From positions 166,203,250-166,237,733 of the forward strand of contig NC_068983.1 of assembly GCF_001194135.2 (NCBI RefSeq): DNA of 34,484 nt, in the 5' to 3' direction. Below, piece after piece: positions 33,154 through 34,484 of the stretch. The first letter of the stretch is position 1, and each line of letters opens with the position of its first letter. Source of the stretch: Octopus bimaculoides. Its lineage: Eukaryota. A program made the translations under genes and the position numbers. Below the pieces are notes generated by a model. It saw nothing but the letters and a program-made list of their open reading frames with translations. It was not told the DNA's origin and did not search any database.

Positions 33154-33296
33154 GTTGGCGTTAGGAAGGGCATCCAGCTGTAGAAACTCTGCCAAATCAG
33201 ACTGGAGCCTGGTGTTGCCATCCGGTTTCACCAGTCCTCAGTCAAATCGTCCAACCCATGCTAGCATGGAAAGCGGACGTTAAACGATGATGATGA
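33154..33296 (+). mobile_element. Young 5'-truncated family A copy
   Basis: GTTGGCGTTAGGAAGGGCATCCAGCTGTAGAAACTCTGCCAAATCAGACTGGAGCC...GGAAAGCGGACGTTAAACGATGATGATGA; CpGs intact. Confidence 0.9.
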
Positions 33297-33730
33297 TTAA
33301 ATGAACTAAAAACCTAATTAAAAATCCTGTTTTCCATAGTAATTATTAAAGAAGATGGAAGGTAAAAACCAGCAGTACCAAACTTTGGTAACAATAACTC
33401 CTGGAAGTGGTTGTAATATCTAGAATATCCCTGGTTCTAACTGTAAACTTCAGTGATAATAAATCAAAATGAAAGAAACTGGTGTACAAAGTATATATTG
33501 AAAACAAGATCTGGGATAATTCATTTTATAATGGAATTCTTGCAAGTGTCAAAAATCTTGGAATCAATTCTGCCAGCTTAAAGGAGTTTGCGAACACAAA
33601 CCCTTAACCCCTAAATGTCTTTAACAAGACTGGAGTTTCATTAATCTTTAGAAAGTTACAATAATGAATTAAGAATGACAAATGGTCTGAGGTTCTGATC
33701 AGTTAAAGGCTTCATTGTATATTTATTTCT

Positions 33731-33951
33731 TTATTGTCCACAGGGGTCTAAACATAGAGGGGGCAAACAAGGACAGACAAAGGGATTAAGTCGATCACAT
33801 CAACCTCAGTGTGAAAGTGGTACTTATTTAATCGACCCCGAAAGGATGAAAGGCAAAGTAGACCTCAGCAGAATTTGAACTCAGAACGTAACAGCAACTG
33901 AAATACCGCTAAGCATTTCGCCCGGCATGCTAACGATTACGACAGCTCGCC
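33731..33951 (-). mobile_element. Family B SINE with a different 3' tail (subfamily)
   Basis: Reverse complement of GGCGAGCTGTCGTAATCGTTAGCATGCCGGGCGAAATGCTTAGCGGTATTTC...GAGTTCAAATTCTGCTGAGG..TACTTTGCCTTTCATCCTTTCGGGGTCGATTAAATAAGTACC; the tail ends ...TTTAGACCCCTGTGGACAATAAAGAAAT, unlike 18069-18293. Confidence 0.85.
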
Positions 33952-34308
33952 CCCATGGCTTTATTCTATATTGCAGACTGGAATTTCATATAGGGCTTTT
34001 AGTACTAATGTGTTTGTGTGTGTGTATGTGTGTGCACACACATGCACATACACACACATGCTATAGGCTTGTTTTAGTTTCAATCTACCAAAGCCACTCA
34101 CAAGGTTTTGGTCAGTCCAGGTCTCTGTCTCTCTCTCATACATATATATAGTTCAAATCCAAGTGGTATGTTCTTGAAGCACATCTGCTTATTCCAGTAT
34201 TCCAAATCCAAATGTAGATGTTATATTTGTGTGAGGTTTCCATAAGAGTTGAACATACTGGAATATATTTTCTGCAGAGTAATAATGCCAAAAATTTTCC
34301 AATCTCCT

Positions 34309-34346
<38 letters not shown>

Positions 34347-34350
<4 letters not shown>

Positions 34351-34484
34351 TCATCATCATCATCATCATCGTTTAACGTCCGCTTTCCATGCTAGCATGG
34401 GTTGGACGATTTGACTGAGGACTGGTGAAACCGGATGGCAACACCAGGCTCCAGTCTGATTTGGCAGAGTTTCTACAGCTGGAT
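34347..34484 (-). mobile_element. Young family A copy, runs off window end
   Basis: Exact reverse complement of 33172-33296; (CAT)n tail abuts a (TA)n run. Confidence 0.9.

Overview
AT-rich, repeat-dense, essentially non-coding eukaryotic DNA. The tRNA-derived SINE families, RTE-type (GAT)n-tailed repeats and dense microsatellites point to a coleoid cephalopod, most likely an octopus; this is recognised from memory, with no database search. None of the supplied ORFs is a credible intact gene, and I could not identify a host protein-coding exon with confidence. The window reads as intronic or intergenic sequence with only unverified candidate exons. Protein-level remnants I can recognise are an RTE LINE fragment (1-316), the 5' part of a Tc1/mariner (maT/DD37D-like) transposon (10025-10586), the restriction-like endonuclease 3' end of an R4-clade retrotransposon in AAT-type microsatellite (19934-20325) and weaker L2/RTE scraps. 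Non-autonomous elements include three piggyBac-type MITE copies, two fold-back elements, a Penelope-like direct-repeat element with a possible hammerhead ribozyme relic and many SINE copies. The most notable structures are a ~100-bp hairpin MITE resembling a pre-miRNA, two identical young repeat copies in inverted orientation 1 kb apart, a palindrome conserved with a compensatory change in two diverged repeat copies, a head-to-tail SINE array, and an N-gap that looks like an unmerged contig overlap. I see no direct evidence of a wholly new biological system; the findings are leads.
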